DNA of 64,000 nucleotides. Origin: Eledone cirrhosa (Eukaryota). Location of the stretch: assembly GCA_964016885.1 (NCBI GenBank), contig OZ024745.1, forward strand, positions 7,068,001 to 7,132,000, written 5' to 3'. Of the stretch, positions 51,945 through 64,000 are shown piece after piece (position 1 is the stretch's first letter; the number at the start of each line of letters is the position of its first letter). The notes below the pieces were generated by a model, which was not told the DNA's origin, made no database searches, and saw only the letters and a program-made list of their open reading frames with translations. The translations under genes were made by a program, and so were the position numbers.

Positions 51945-54900
51945 GAGTGGGTAGAAGGTCAGATAGAATGGTAGAGTTGTTAGAACGTCAGTTAGAAGGT
52001 AGAGTGGTTAGAACGTCAGATAAAATGGTAGGGTGGTTAAAACGTTAGATAGAATGGTAGTGTGGTTAAAAGGTCAGATAGAATGGTAGAGTGGTTAGAA
52101 CGTCAGATAGAATGGTAAAGTCATTAGAACGTCAGATAGAATGGTAGAGGTCTTATAACGTCAAATAGAATGGTAGAGGGGTTAGAACGTCAGATAGAAT
52201 GGTAGAGTGGTTAGAATGTCAGATAGAATGGTAGATTGGATAGAAGGTCAGATAGAATGGTAGAGTTGTTAGAAAGTCAGATAGAATGGTAGTGTTGTTA
52301 GACCGTCAGAGAGAATGGTAGAGTGGTTAAAACGTCAGATAGAATGCTAAAGTGGTTAGAAGGTCAGATAGAATGGTAGAGTTGTTAGAACGTCAGATGG
52401 AATGGTAGAGGAGTTAGAACGTCAGATAAAATGGTAGAGTGGTTAAAGCGTCAGATAGAATGGTAGTGTGGTTAGAAGGTCAGATAGAATGGTACAGTGG
52501 TTAGAACGTCACATAGAATGGTAAAGTCATTAGAACGTCAGATAGAATGGTAGAGGTCTTATAACGTCAGATAGAATGGTAGAGGGGTTATAACGTCAGA
52601 TAGAATGGTAGTGTTGTTAAAACGTCAGATAGTATTGTAGCGTGGTTATAACGTCAGATAGAATGGTAGAGTTGTTATAAAGTCAGATAGAATGGTAGAG
52701 TTGTTAGAACGTCAGACAGAATGGTTGAGGGGTTATAACGTCAGATAGAATGGTAGAGTGGTTAGACAGTCAGATAGAATGGTAGAGTGGTTAGAACGTC
52801 AGATAGAATGGTACAGTCGTTAGAACGTCAGATAGGATAGTAGATTTGTTAGAAAGTCAGTTAGAGTGGTACAGTGGTTAGAACGTCAGATAGAATGGTA
52901 GATTGGTTAGAACGTCAGATAGAGTGGTAGAGTGGTTAGAACGTCAGATGAAATGGTAGAGTCGTTGGAACCTCAGATAGAATGGTAGTATTGTTAGAAT
53001 GTCAGATAGAATGGTAGATTGGATAGAAGGTCAGATAGAATAGTAGAGTGGTTAGAACGTCAGCTAGAATGGTAGAGTAGTTAGAAAGTCAGATAGAATG
53101 GTAGAGCCGTTTGAACCTCAGATAGAATGGTAGGGCGGTTATATGGTCAGATAGAATGGTAGAGTGGTTTGAAGGTCAGATAGCATGATAGGGGGTTAGA
53201 AGGTCAGATAGAATGGTAGAGTTGTTAGAATGTCAGATAGAATGGTAGAGTGGTTAGAAGGTCAGATAGAATGGTTGAGTTGTTAGAACGTCAGATAGAA
53301 TGGTAGAGTGGTTAGAACGTCAGATAGAATGGTAGAGTAGCATGAAGGTCTGCTAGAATGATAGAGTGGTTAGAAGGTTAGATACAAAGGTAGAGTGGTT
53401 AGAATGTCAGATAGAATGGTAGAGTTGTTAAAACGTCAGATAGAATGGTAGAGTGGTTAGAGCGTCAGATAGAATGGTAGGGTGGCTAGAAGGTCAGCTA
53501 GAATGGTAGTGTGGTTAGAACGTCAGATAGAATGGTATAGTGGTTATAACGTCAGATAGAATGGTAGAGTGGTTATAACGTCAGATAGAATGGTAGAGTT
53601 GTTATAACGTCAGATAGAATGGTAGAGTGGTTAGAAGGTCAGATAGAATGGCAGAGTTGTTATAACGTCAGATAGAATGGTAGAGTTGTTAGGTCAGATA
53701 GAACGGTTGAGTTGTTAGAACGTCAGATAGAATGGTAGAGTAGCTAGAAGGTCTGCTAGAATGGTAGAGTGGTTAGAAGGTTAGATAGAAAGGTAGAGTG
53801 GTTAGAAGGTTAGATAGAAAGGTAGAGTGGTTAGAACGTCACATAGAATTGTAAAGTCGTTAGAACATAAGATAGAATGGTAGAGTTGTTATAACGTCAG
53901 ATAGAATGGTAGAGGGGTTATAATGTCAGATAGAATGGTAGAGTTGTTAGAACGTCAGATAGAATATTAGAGGGGTTATAATGTCAGATAGAATGGTAGA
54001 GTGGTTATAACGTCAGATAGAATTGTAGAGTGATTATAACGTCAGATAGAATGGTAGAGTTGTTAGAACGTCAGATAGAATGGAAGAGTGGTTAGACGGT
54101 CAGGTAGAATGGTAGAGTGGTTAGAACGTCACTTAGAATGCTAAAGTCATTAGAACGTCAGATAGGATAGTAGATTTGTTAGAACGTCAGATAGAGTGGT
54201 ACAGTGGTTAGAACGTCAGATAGAATGGTAGAGTGGTTAGAACGTCAGATAGAGTGGTAGAGTGGCTAGAACGACAGATAGAATGGTAGAGTGGTTAGAA
54301 CGTAAGATAGAATGGTAGATTTGTTATAACGTCAGATAGAATGGTAGAGTGGTTAGAACGTCAGATAGAATGGTAGAGAAGCATGAAGGTCTGCTAGAAT
54401 GGTAGAGTGGTTAGAAGGTTAGATACAAAGGTAGAGTGGTTAGAATGTCAGATAGAATGGTAGAGTTGTTAGAACGTCAGATAGAATGGTAGAGTAGTTA
54501 GAACGTAAGATAGAATAGTAGAGTAGCATGAAGGTCTTCTAGAATGATAGAGTGGTTAGAAGGTTAGATACAAAGGTAGAGTGGTTAGAATGTCAGATAG
54601 AATGGTTGAGTTGTTAGAACGTCAGATAGAATGGTAGAGTGGCTAGAAGGACAGATACAATGATAGAGTGGTTAGAATGTCAGATAGAATGGTAGAGTTG
54701 TTAGAACGTCAGATAGAATGGTAGAGTGGTTAGAACGTAAGATAGAATAGTAGAGTAGCATGAAGGTCTGCTAGAATGATAGAGTGGTTAGAAGGTTAGA
54801 TACAAAGGTAGAGTGGTTAGAATGTCAGATAGAATGGTTGAGTTGTTAGAACGTCAGATAGAATGGTAGAGTGGCTAGAAGGACAGATACAATGATAGAG

Positions 54901-57900
54901 TGCTTAGAACGTCAGATAGAATGGTAGAGTGGTTATGACGTCAGATAGATTGGTAGAGTGGTTTGAACGTCAGATAGAATGGGAGAGGTGGTTAAAACGT
55001 CAGATAGAATGGTAGAGTTGTTAGAACGTCAGATAGAATGGTAGAGTGGTTATAACGTCAGACAGAATGGTAGAGTGGTTACAACCTCTGATATAATGGT
55101 AGAGTTGTTAGAACGTCAGATAGAAAGGTAGAGTGGTTAGACAGTCAGATAGAATGGTAGAGTGGTTAGAACGTCACATAGAATGCTAAAGTCATTAGAA
55201 CGTCAGATAGGATAGTAGATTTGTTAGAACGTCAGATAGAGTGGTACAGTGGTTAGAACGTCAGATAGAGTGGTAGAGCGGCTAGAACGACAGATAGAAT
55301 GGTAGAGTGGTTAGAACGTAAGATAGAATGGTAGATTTGTTATAACGTCAGATAGAATGGTAGAGTGGTTAGAAGGTCAGATAGAATGGTAGAGTGGTTA
55401 GAACATAGGAGAGAATGGTATTGTGGTTAGAAGGTCAGATAGAATGGTAGAGTGGTTAAAACGTCAGATAGAATGGTAGAGTGGTTAAAAGGTCAGAGAG
55501 AATGGTAGAGTTGTTAGAACGTCAGTTAGAATGGTAGAGTGGTTAAAACGTCAGATAGAATGGTAGAGTGGTTAAAAGGTCAGATAGAATGGTAGTGTGG
55601 TTAAAAGGTGAGATAGAATGGTAGAGTGTTTAGAACGTCAGATATAATGGTAAAGTCGTTAGAACGTCAGATAGAATGGTAGAGGTGTTATTACGTCAGA
55701 TAGAATGGTAGAGGGGTTATAACGTCAGATAGAATGGTAGTGTTGTTAGAACGTCAGATAGAATTGTAGAGTGGTTATAACGTCAGATAGAATGGTAGAG
55801 TGGTTATAAAGTTACATAGAATGGTAGACTTGTTAGAACGTCAGATAGAATGGTAGAGAGGTTATAACGTCAGATAGAATGGTAGAGTGGTTAGAACGTC
55901 AGATAGAATGGTAGAGTCGTCAGAACGTCAGATAGAATGATAAAGTGGTTAGAACGTCAGCTAGAATGGTAGAGTAGTTAGAAAGTCAGATAGAATGGTA
56001 GAGCTGTTTGAACGTCAGATAGAATGGTAGGGCGGTTATATGGTCAGATAGAATGGTAGAGTGGTTTGAAGGTCAGATAGAATGGTAGGGAGGTTAGAAG
56101 GTCAGATAGAATGGTAGAGTTGTTAGAAGGTCAGATAGAACAGTTGAGTTGTTAGAACGTCAGATAGAATGGTAGAGTGGCTAGAAGGACAGATACAATG
56201 ATAGAGTGGTTAGAATGTCAGATAGAATGGTAGAGTTGTTAGAACGTCAGATAGAATGGTAGAGTGGTTAGAACGTAAGATAGAATAGTAGAGTAGCATG
56301 AAGGTCTGCTAGAATGATAGAGTGGTTAGAAGGTTAGATACAAAGGTAGAGTGGTTAGAATGTCAGATAGAATGGTTGAGTTGTTAGAACGTCAGATAGA
56401 ATGGTAGAGTGGCTAGAAGGACAGATACAATGATAGAGTGCTTAGAACGTCAGATAGAATGGTAGAGTGGTTATGACGTCAGATAGATTGGTAGAGTGGT
56501 TTGAACGTCAGATAGAATGGGAGAGGTGGTTAGAACGTCAGATAGAATGGTAGAGTTGTTAGAACGTCAGATAGAATGGTAGAGTGGTTACAACCTCTGA
56601 TATAATGGTAGAGTGGTTAGAACGTCAGATAGAATGGTAGAATGACTAGAAGGTCTGCTAGAATGGTAGAGTTGTTAGAACGTCAGATAGAATGGTAGAG
56701 TCATTAGCACGTCAGATAGAATGATAGAGTCGTTAGAATGTCAGACAGAGTAGTAGAGTGGTTAGGAGGTCAGATAGAATGGTACAGTGGTTAGAACGTC
56801 ACATAGAATGGTAGATGTGTTATAACGTCAGATAGAATGGTAGAGTTGTTAGAACGTCAGATAGAATAGTAGCGTGATTAGAAGGTCAGATAGAATGGGA
56901 GAGTGGTTAGAAGGGCAGATAGAATGTTAGAGTGGTTTGAACGTCAGATAGAGTGGTACAGTGGTTAGAACGTCAGATAGAACGTTAGAGTGGTTAGAAC
57001 GTCAGATAGAATGGTAGAGTGGTTAGAATGTCAGATAGAATGGTAGATTGGATAGAAGGTCAGATAGAATGGTAGAGTGCTTAGAAAGTCAGATAGAATG
57101 GTAGTGTTGTTAGACCGTCAGATAGAATGGTAGAGTGGTTATAACGTCAGATAGAATTGTAGAGTTGTTAGAGCGTCAGATAGAATTGTAGAGTGATTAT
57201 AACGTCAGATAGAATGGTACAGTGGTCATAGCGTCAGATAGAATGGTAGAGTGGTTAGAAGGTCAGATAGAATGGTAGAGTGGTTATCACGTCAGATAGA
57301 ATGGAAGAGTTGTTAGAACGCCAGATAGAATGGTAGAGTTGTTAGAAGGTCAGATAGAACGGTTGAGTTGTTAGAACGTCGGATAGAATGGTAGAGTGGT
57401 TAGAACGTCAGATCGAATGGTAGAGTAGCTAGAAGGTCTGCTAGAATGGTAGAGTGGTTAGAAGGTTAGATAGAAAGGTAGAGTGGTTAGAACGTCACAT
57501 AGAATGGTAAAGTTGTTAGAACATACGATAGAATGGTAGAGTTGTTATAACGTCAGATAGAATAGTAGAGGGGTTATAACGTCAGATAGAAAGGTAGAGT
57601 TGTTAGAACGTCAAATAGAATGTTAGAGGGGTTATAACGTCAGATAGAATGGTAGAGTGGTTATAACGTCAGATAGAATGGTAGAGTGATTATAACGTCA
57701 GATAGAATGGTAGAGTTGTTAGAACGTCAGATAGAAAGGTAGAGTGGTTAGACAGTCAGATAGAATGGTAGAGTGGTTAGAACGTCACATAGAATGCTAA
57801 AGTCATTAGAACGTCAGATAGGATAGTAGATTTGTTAGAACGTCAGATAGAGTGGTACAGTGGTTAGAACGTCAGATAGAGTGGTAGAGCGGCTAGAACG

Positions 57901-60900
57901 ACAGATAGAATGGTAGAGTGGTTAGAACGTAAGATAGAATGGTAGATTTGTTATAACGTCAGATAGAATGGTAGAGTGGTTAGAACATCAAATAGAATGG
58001 TAGAGTTGTTAGAACGTCAGATAGAATGGTAGATTCGTTAGAACGTCAGATAGAATGGTAGAGTGGTTAGAAGGTCAGATAGAATGGTAGAGTGGTTAGA
58101 ACATAGGAGAGAATGGTATTGTGGTTAGAAGGTCAGATAGAATGGTAGAGTGGTTAAAACGTCAGATAGAATGGTAGAGTGGTTAAAAGGTCAGAGAGAA
58201 TGGTAGAGTTGTTAGAACGTCAGTTAGAATGGTAGAGTGGTTAAAACGTCAGATAGAATGGTAGAGTGGTTAAAAGGTCAGATAGAATGGTAGTGTGGTT
58301 AAAAGGTGAGATAGAATGGTAGAGTGTTTAGAACGTCAGATATAATGGTAAAGTCGTTAGAACGTCAGATAGAATGGTAGAGGTGTTATTACGTCAGATA
58401 GAATGGTAGAGGGGTTATAACGTCAGATAGAATGGTAGTGTTGTTAGAACGTCAGATAGAATTGTAGAGTGGTTATAACGTCAGATAGAATGGTAGAGTG
58501 GTTATAAAGTTACATAGAATGGTAGACTTGTTAGAACGTCAGATAGAATGGTAGAGAGGTTATAACGTCAGATAGAATGGTAGAGTGGTTAGAACGTCAG
58601 ATAGAATGGTAGAGTCGTCAGAACGTCAGATAGAATGATAAAGTGGTTAGAACGTCAGCTAGAATGGTAGAGTAGTTAGAAAGTCAGATAGAATGGTAGA
58701 GCTGTTTGAACGTCGGATAGAATGGTAGGGCGGTTATATGGTCAGATAGAATGGTAGAGTGGTTTGAAGGTCAGATAGAATGGTAGGGAGGTTAGAAGGT
58801 CAGATAGAATGGTAGAGTTGTTAGAAGGTCAGATAGAACAGTTGAGTTGTTAGAACGTCAGATAGAATGGTAGAGTGGTTAGAACGTCAGATAGAATGGT
58901 AGAGTAGCTAGAAGGTCTGCTAGAATGGTAGAGTGGTTAGAAGTTTAGATAGAAAGGTAGAGTGGTTAGAACGTCACATAGAATGGTAAAGTCGTTAGAA
59001 CATAAGATAGAATGGTCGAGTTGTTATAACGTCAGATAGAATGGTAGAGGGGTTATAACGTCAGATAGAATGGTAGAGTTGTTAGAACGTCAGATAGAAT
59101 ATTAGAGGGGTTATAACGTTAGATAGAATGGTAGAGTTGATAGAACGTCAGATAGAATAGTAGAGTGGTTAGAAGGTCAGATATAATGGTAGAGTGGTTA
59201 GAAGGTCAGATAGAATGTTAGAGTGGGTAGAAGGTCAGATAGAATGGTAGAGTTGTTAGAACGTCAGTTAGAAGGTAGAGTGGTTAGAACGTCAGATAAA
59301 ATGGTAGGGTGGTTAAAACGTTAGATAGAATGGTAGTGTGGTTAAAAGGTCAGATAGAATGGTAGAGTGGTTAGAACGTCAGATAGAATGGTAAAGTCAT
59401 TAGAACGTCAGATAGAATGGTAGAGGTCTTATAACGTCAGATAGAATGGTAGAGGGGTTAGAACGTCAGATAGAATGGTAGAGTGGTTAGAATGTCAGAT
59501 AGAATGGTAGATTGGATAGAAGGTCAGATAGAATGGTAGAGTTGTTAGAAAGTCAGATAGAATGGTAGTGTTGTTAGACCGTCAGAGAGAATGGTAGAGT
59601 GGTTAAAACGTCAGATAGAATGCTAAAGTGGTTAGAAGGTCAGATAGAATGGTAGAGTTGTTAGAACGTCAGATGGAATGGTAGAGGAGTTAGAACGTCA
59701 GATAAAATGGTAGAGTGGTTAAAGCGTCAGATAGAATGGTAGTGTGGTTAGAAGGTCAGATAGAATGGTACAGTGGTTAGAACGTCACATAGAATGGTAA
59801 AGTCATTAGAACGTCAGATAGAATGGTAGAGGTCTTATAACGTCAGATAGAATGGTAGAGGGGTTATAACGTCAGATAGAATGGTAGTGTTGTTAAAACG
59901 TCAGATAGTATTGTAGCGTGGTTATAACGTCAGATAGAATGGTAGAGTTGTTATAAAGTCAGATAGAATGGTAGAGTTGTTAGAACGTCAGACAGAATGG
60001 TTGAGGGGTTATAACGTCAGATAGAATGGTAGAGTGGTTAGACAGTCAGATAGAATGGTAGAGTGGTTAGAACGTCAGATAGAATGGTACAGTCGTTAGA
60101 ACGTCAGATAGGATAGTAGATTTGTTAGAAAGTCAGTTAGAGTGGTACAGTGGTTAGAACGTCAGATAGAATGGTAGATTGGTTAGAACGTCAGATAGAG
60201 TGGTAGAGTGGTTAGAACGTCAGATGAAATGGTAGAGTCGTTGGAACCTCAGATAGAATGGTAGTATTGTTAGAATGTCAGATAGAATGGTAGATTGGAT
60301 AGAAGGTCAGATAGAATAGTAGAGTGGTTAGAACGTCAGCTAGAATGGTAGAGTAGTTAGAAAGTCAGATAGAATGGTAGAGCCGTTTGAACCTCAGATA
60401 GAATGGTAGGGCGGTTATATGGTCAGATAGAATGGTAGAGTGGTTTGAAGGTCAGATAGCATGATAGGGGGTTAGAAGGTCAGATAGAATGGTAGAGTTG
60501 TTAGAATGTCAGATAGAATGGTAGAGTGGTTAGAAGGTCAGATAGAATGGTTGAGTTGTTAGAACGTCAGATAGAATGGTAGAGTGGTTAGAACGTCAGA
60601 TAGAATGGTAGAGTAGCATGAAGGTCTGCTAGAATGATAGAGTGGTTAGAAGGTTAGATACAAAGGTAGAGTGGTTAGAATGTCAGATAGAATGGTAGAG
60701 TTGTTAAAACGTCAGATAGAATGGTAGAGTGGTTAGAGCGTCAGATAGAATGGTAGGGTGGCTAGAAGGTCAGCTAGAATGGTAGTGTGGTTAGAACGTC
60801 AGATAGAATGGTAGAGTGGTTATAACGTCAGATAGAATGGTAGAGTTGTTATAACGTCAGATAGAATGGTAGAGTGGTTAGAAGGTCAGATAGAATGGCA

Positions 60901-63900
60901 GAGTTGTTATAACGTCAGATAGAATGGTAGAGTTGTTAGGTCAGATAGAACGGTTGAGTTGTTAGAACGTCAGATAGAATGGTAGAGTAGCTAGAAGGTC
61001 TGCTAGAATGGTAGAGTGGTTAGAAGGTTAGATAGAAAGGTAGAGTGGTTAGAAGGTTAGATAGAAAGGTAGAGTGGTTAGAACGTCACATAGAATTGTA
61101 AAGTCGTTAGAACATAAGATAGAATGGTAGAGTTGTTATAACGTCAGATAGAATGGTAGAGGGGTTATAATGTCAGATAGAATGGTAGAGTTGTTAGAAC
61201 GTCAGATAGAATATTAGAGGGGTTATAATGTCAGATAGAATGGTAGAGTGGTTATAACGTCAGATAGAATTGTAGAGTGATTATAACGTCAGATAGAATG
61301 GTAGAGTTGTTAGAACGTCAGATAGAATGGAAGAGTGGTTAGACGGTCAGGTAGAATGGTAGAGTGGTTAGAACGTCACTTAGAATGCTAAAGTCATTAG
61401 AACGTCAGATAGGATAGTAGATTTGTTAGAACGTCAGATAGAGTGGTACAGTGGTTAGAACGTCAGATAGAATGGTAGAGTGGTTAGAACGTCAGATAGA
61501 GTGGTAGAGTGGCTAGAACGACAGATAGAATGGTAGAGTGGTTAGAACGTAAGATAGAATGGTAGATTTGTTATAACGTCAGATAGAATGGTAGAGTGGT
61601 TAGAACGTCAGATAGAATGGTAGAGAAGCATGAAGGTCTGCTAGAATGGTAGAGTGGTTAGAAGGTTAGATACAAAGGTAGAGTGGTTAGAATGTCAGAT
61701 AGAATGGTAGAGTTGTTAGAACGTCAGATAGAATGGTAGAGTAGTTAGAACGTAAGATAGAATAGTAGAGTAGCATGAAGGTCTTCTAGAATGATAGAGT
61801 GGTTAGAAGGTTAGATACAAAGGTAGAGTGGTTAGAATGTCAGATAGAATGGTTGAGTTGTTAGAACGTCAGATAGAATGGTAGAGTGGCTAGAAGGACA
61901 GATACAATGATAGAGTGGTTAGAATGTCAGATAGAATGGTAGAGTTGTTAGAACGTCAGATAGAATGGTAGAGTGGTTAGAACGTAAGATAGAATAGTAG
62001 AGTAGCATGAAGGTCTGCTAGAATGATAGAGTGGTTAGAAGGTTAGATACAAAGGTAGAGTGGTTAGAATGTCAGATAGAATGGTTGAGTTGTTAGAACG
62101 TCAGATAGAATGGTAGAGTGGCTAGAAGGACAGATACAATGATAGAGTGCTTAGAACGTCAGATAGAATGGTAGAGTGGTTATGACGTCAGATAGATTGG
62201 TAGAGTGGTTTGAACGTCAGATAGAATGGGAGAGGTGGTTAAAACGTCAGATAGAATGGTAGAGTTGTTAGAACGTCAGATAGAATGGTAGAGTGGTTAT
62301 AACGTCAGACAGAATGGTAGAGTGGTTACAACCTCTGATATAATGGTAGAGTTGTTAGAACGTCAGATAGAAAGGTAGAGTGGTTAGACAGTCAGATAGA
62401 ATGGTAGAGTGGTTAGAACGTCACATAGAATGCTAAAGTCATTAGAACGTCAGATAGGATAGTAGATTTGTTAGAACGTCAGATAGAGTGGTACAGTGGT
62501 TAGAACGTCAGATAGAGTGGTAGAGCGGCTAGAACGACAGATAGAATGGTAGAGTGGTTAGAACGTAAGATAGAATGGTAGATTTGTTATAACCTTCAGA
62601 TAGAATGGTAGAGTGGTTAGAAGGTCAGATAGAATGGTAGAGTGGTTAGAACATAGGAGAGAATGGTATTGTGGTTAGAAGGTCAGATAGAATGGTAGAG
62701 TGGTTAAAACGTCAGATAGAATGGTAGAGTGGTTAAAAGGTCAGAGAGAATGGTAGAGTTGTTAGAACGTCAGTTAGAATGGTAGAGTGGTTAAAACGTC
62801 AGATAGAATGGTAGAGTGGTTAAAAGGTCAGATAGAATGGTAGTGTGGTTAAAAGGTGAGATAGAATGGTAGAGTGTTTAGAACGTCAGATATAATGGTA
62901 AAGTCGTTAGAACGTCAGATAGAATGGTAGAGGTGTTATTACGTCAGATAGAATGGTAGAGGGGTTATAACGTCAGATAGAATGGTAGTGTTGTTAGAAC
63001 GTCAGATAGAATTGTAGAGTGGTTATAACGTCAGATAGAATGGTAGAGTGGTTATAAAGTTACATAGAATGGTAGACTTGTTAGAACGTCAGATAGAATG
63101 GTAGAGAGGTTATAACGTCAGATAGAATGGTAGAGTGGTTAGAACGTCAGATAGAATGGTAGAGTCGTCAGAACGTCAGATAGAATGATAAAGTGGTTAG
63201 AACGTCAGCTAGAATGGTAGAGTAGTTAGAAAGTCAGATAGAATGGTAGAGCTGTTTGAACGTCAGATAGAATGGTAGGGCGGTTATATGGTCAGATAGA
63301 ATGGTAGAGTGGTTTGAAGGTCAGATAGAATGGTAGGGAGGTTAGAAGGTCAGATAGAATGGTAGAGTTGTTAGAAGGTCAGATAGAACAGTTGAGTTGT
63401 TAGAACGTCAGATAGAATGGTAGAGTGGCTAGAAGGACAGATACAATGATAGAGTGGTTAGAATGTCAGATAGAATGGTAGAGTTGTTAGAACGTCAGAT
63501 AGAATGGTAGAGTGGTTAGAACGTAAGATAGAATAGTAGAGTAGCATGAAGGTCTGCTAGAATGATAGAGTGGTTAGAAGGTTAGATACAAAGGTAGAGT
63601 GGTTAGAATGTCAGATAGAATGGTTGAGTTGTTAGAACGTCAGATAGAATGGTAGAGTGGCTAGAAGGACAGATACAATGATAGAGTGCTTAGAACGTCA
63701 GATAGAATGGTAGAGTGGTTATGACGTCAGATAGATTGGTAGAGTGGTTTGAACGTCAGATAGAATGGGAGAGGTGGTTAGAACGTCAGATAGAATGGTA
63801 GAGTTGTTAGAACGTCAGATAGAATGGTAGAGTGGTTACAACCTCTGATATAATGGTAGAGTGGTTAGAACGTCAGATAGAATGGTAGAATGACTAGAAG

Positions 63901-64000
63901 GTCTGCTAGAATGGTAGAGTTGTTAGAACGTCAGATAGAATGGTAGAGTCATTAGCACGTCAGATAGAATGATAGAGTCGTTAGAATGTCAGACAGAGTA
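51945..64000 (+). repeat. ~7.25-kb tandem duplication within the satellite (second copy cut by the window edge)
   Basis: GTAGAAGG of the GTGGGTAGAAGG variant at 51951/59227 (offset 7276), AAGGTCTTCT at 54531/61778 (7247) and ATAGGAGAGA at 55405/62653 (7248). Confidence 0.9.

Larger units (their letters stand above)
4478..64000 (+). repeat. 29-bp satellite DNA array, ~2,050 head-to-tail monomers, continuing past the window
   Basis: Consensus TGGTAGAGTGGTTAGAACGTCAGATAGAA, period 29 (e.g. 6841-6869). Monomers usually carry 0-4 substitutions and occasional 1-3 bp indels. No inversion or foreign insertion was seen. Copy number is estimated as 59,523/29. Confidence 0.99.

Noticed and set aside
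4478-64000. CRISPR array (29-bp repeats)
   Set aside because: The repeats are head-to-tail with no unique spacers, there are no cas genes, and the context is eukaryotic.
4478-64000. Repeat-encoded protein or tandem tRNA gene cluster
   Set aside because: A period of 29 puts TAG (+ strand) and TAA/TGA (- strand) in all frames, and the ORF track is empty here. Monomers lack the acceptor stem, T-arm and B box of a tRNA.
4478-64000. True telomeric repeat
   Set aside because: There is only one GGTTAG word per 29 bp and no (TTAGGG)n run. The word is explained by the tRNA D-loop origin.

Overview
Eukaryotic (metazoan) repetitive DNA with no intact protein-coding gene. Bases 1-~1000 hold a decayed minus-strand DDE transposase with two frameshifts and two stops; its motifs resemble the Chapaev3/CMC group of the Transib/RAG1-like fold. 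Bases ~1000-4477 hold a 62-bp minisatellite, short duplications, microsatellites and two degenerate tRNA-derived SINE copies with Pol III B boxes. From memory these look like octopus SINEs, so a cephalopod source is likely but unverified. From 4478 to the window end there is one uninterrupted, single-orientation satellite of about 2,050 copies of a 29-bp monomer (consensus TGGTAGAGTGGTTAGAACGTCAGATAGAA). The main observation is that this monomer is the tRNA D-arm/A-box head of the neighbouring SINE family: it is 23/29 identical without gaps to 3878-3906, and the array starts at the A box right after a SINE tail. Rare variants show nested duplications at about 0.15-0.7, 1.0, 2.06, 2.35, 2.6-2.7, 3.2, 7.25, 7.8 and 32-35 kb. 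All offsets were read by eye from marker variants.
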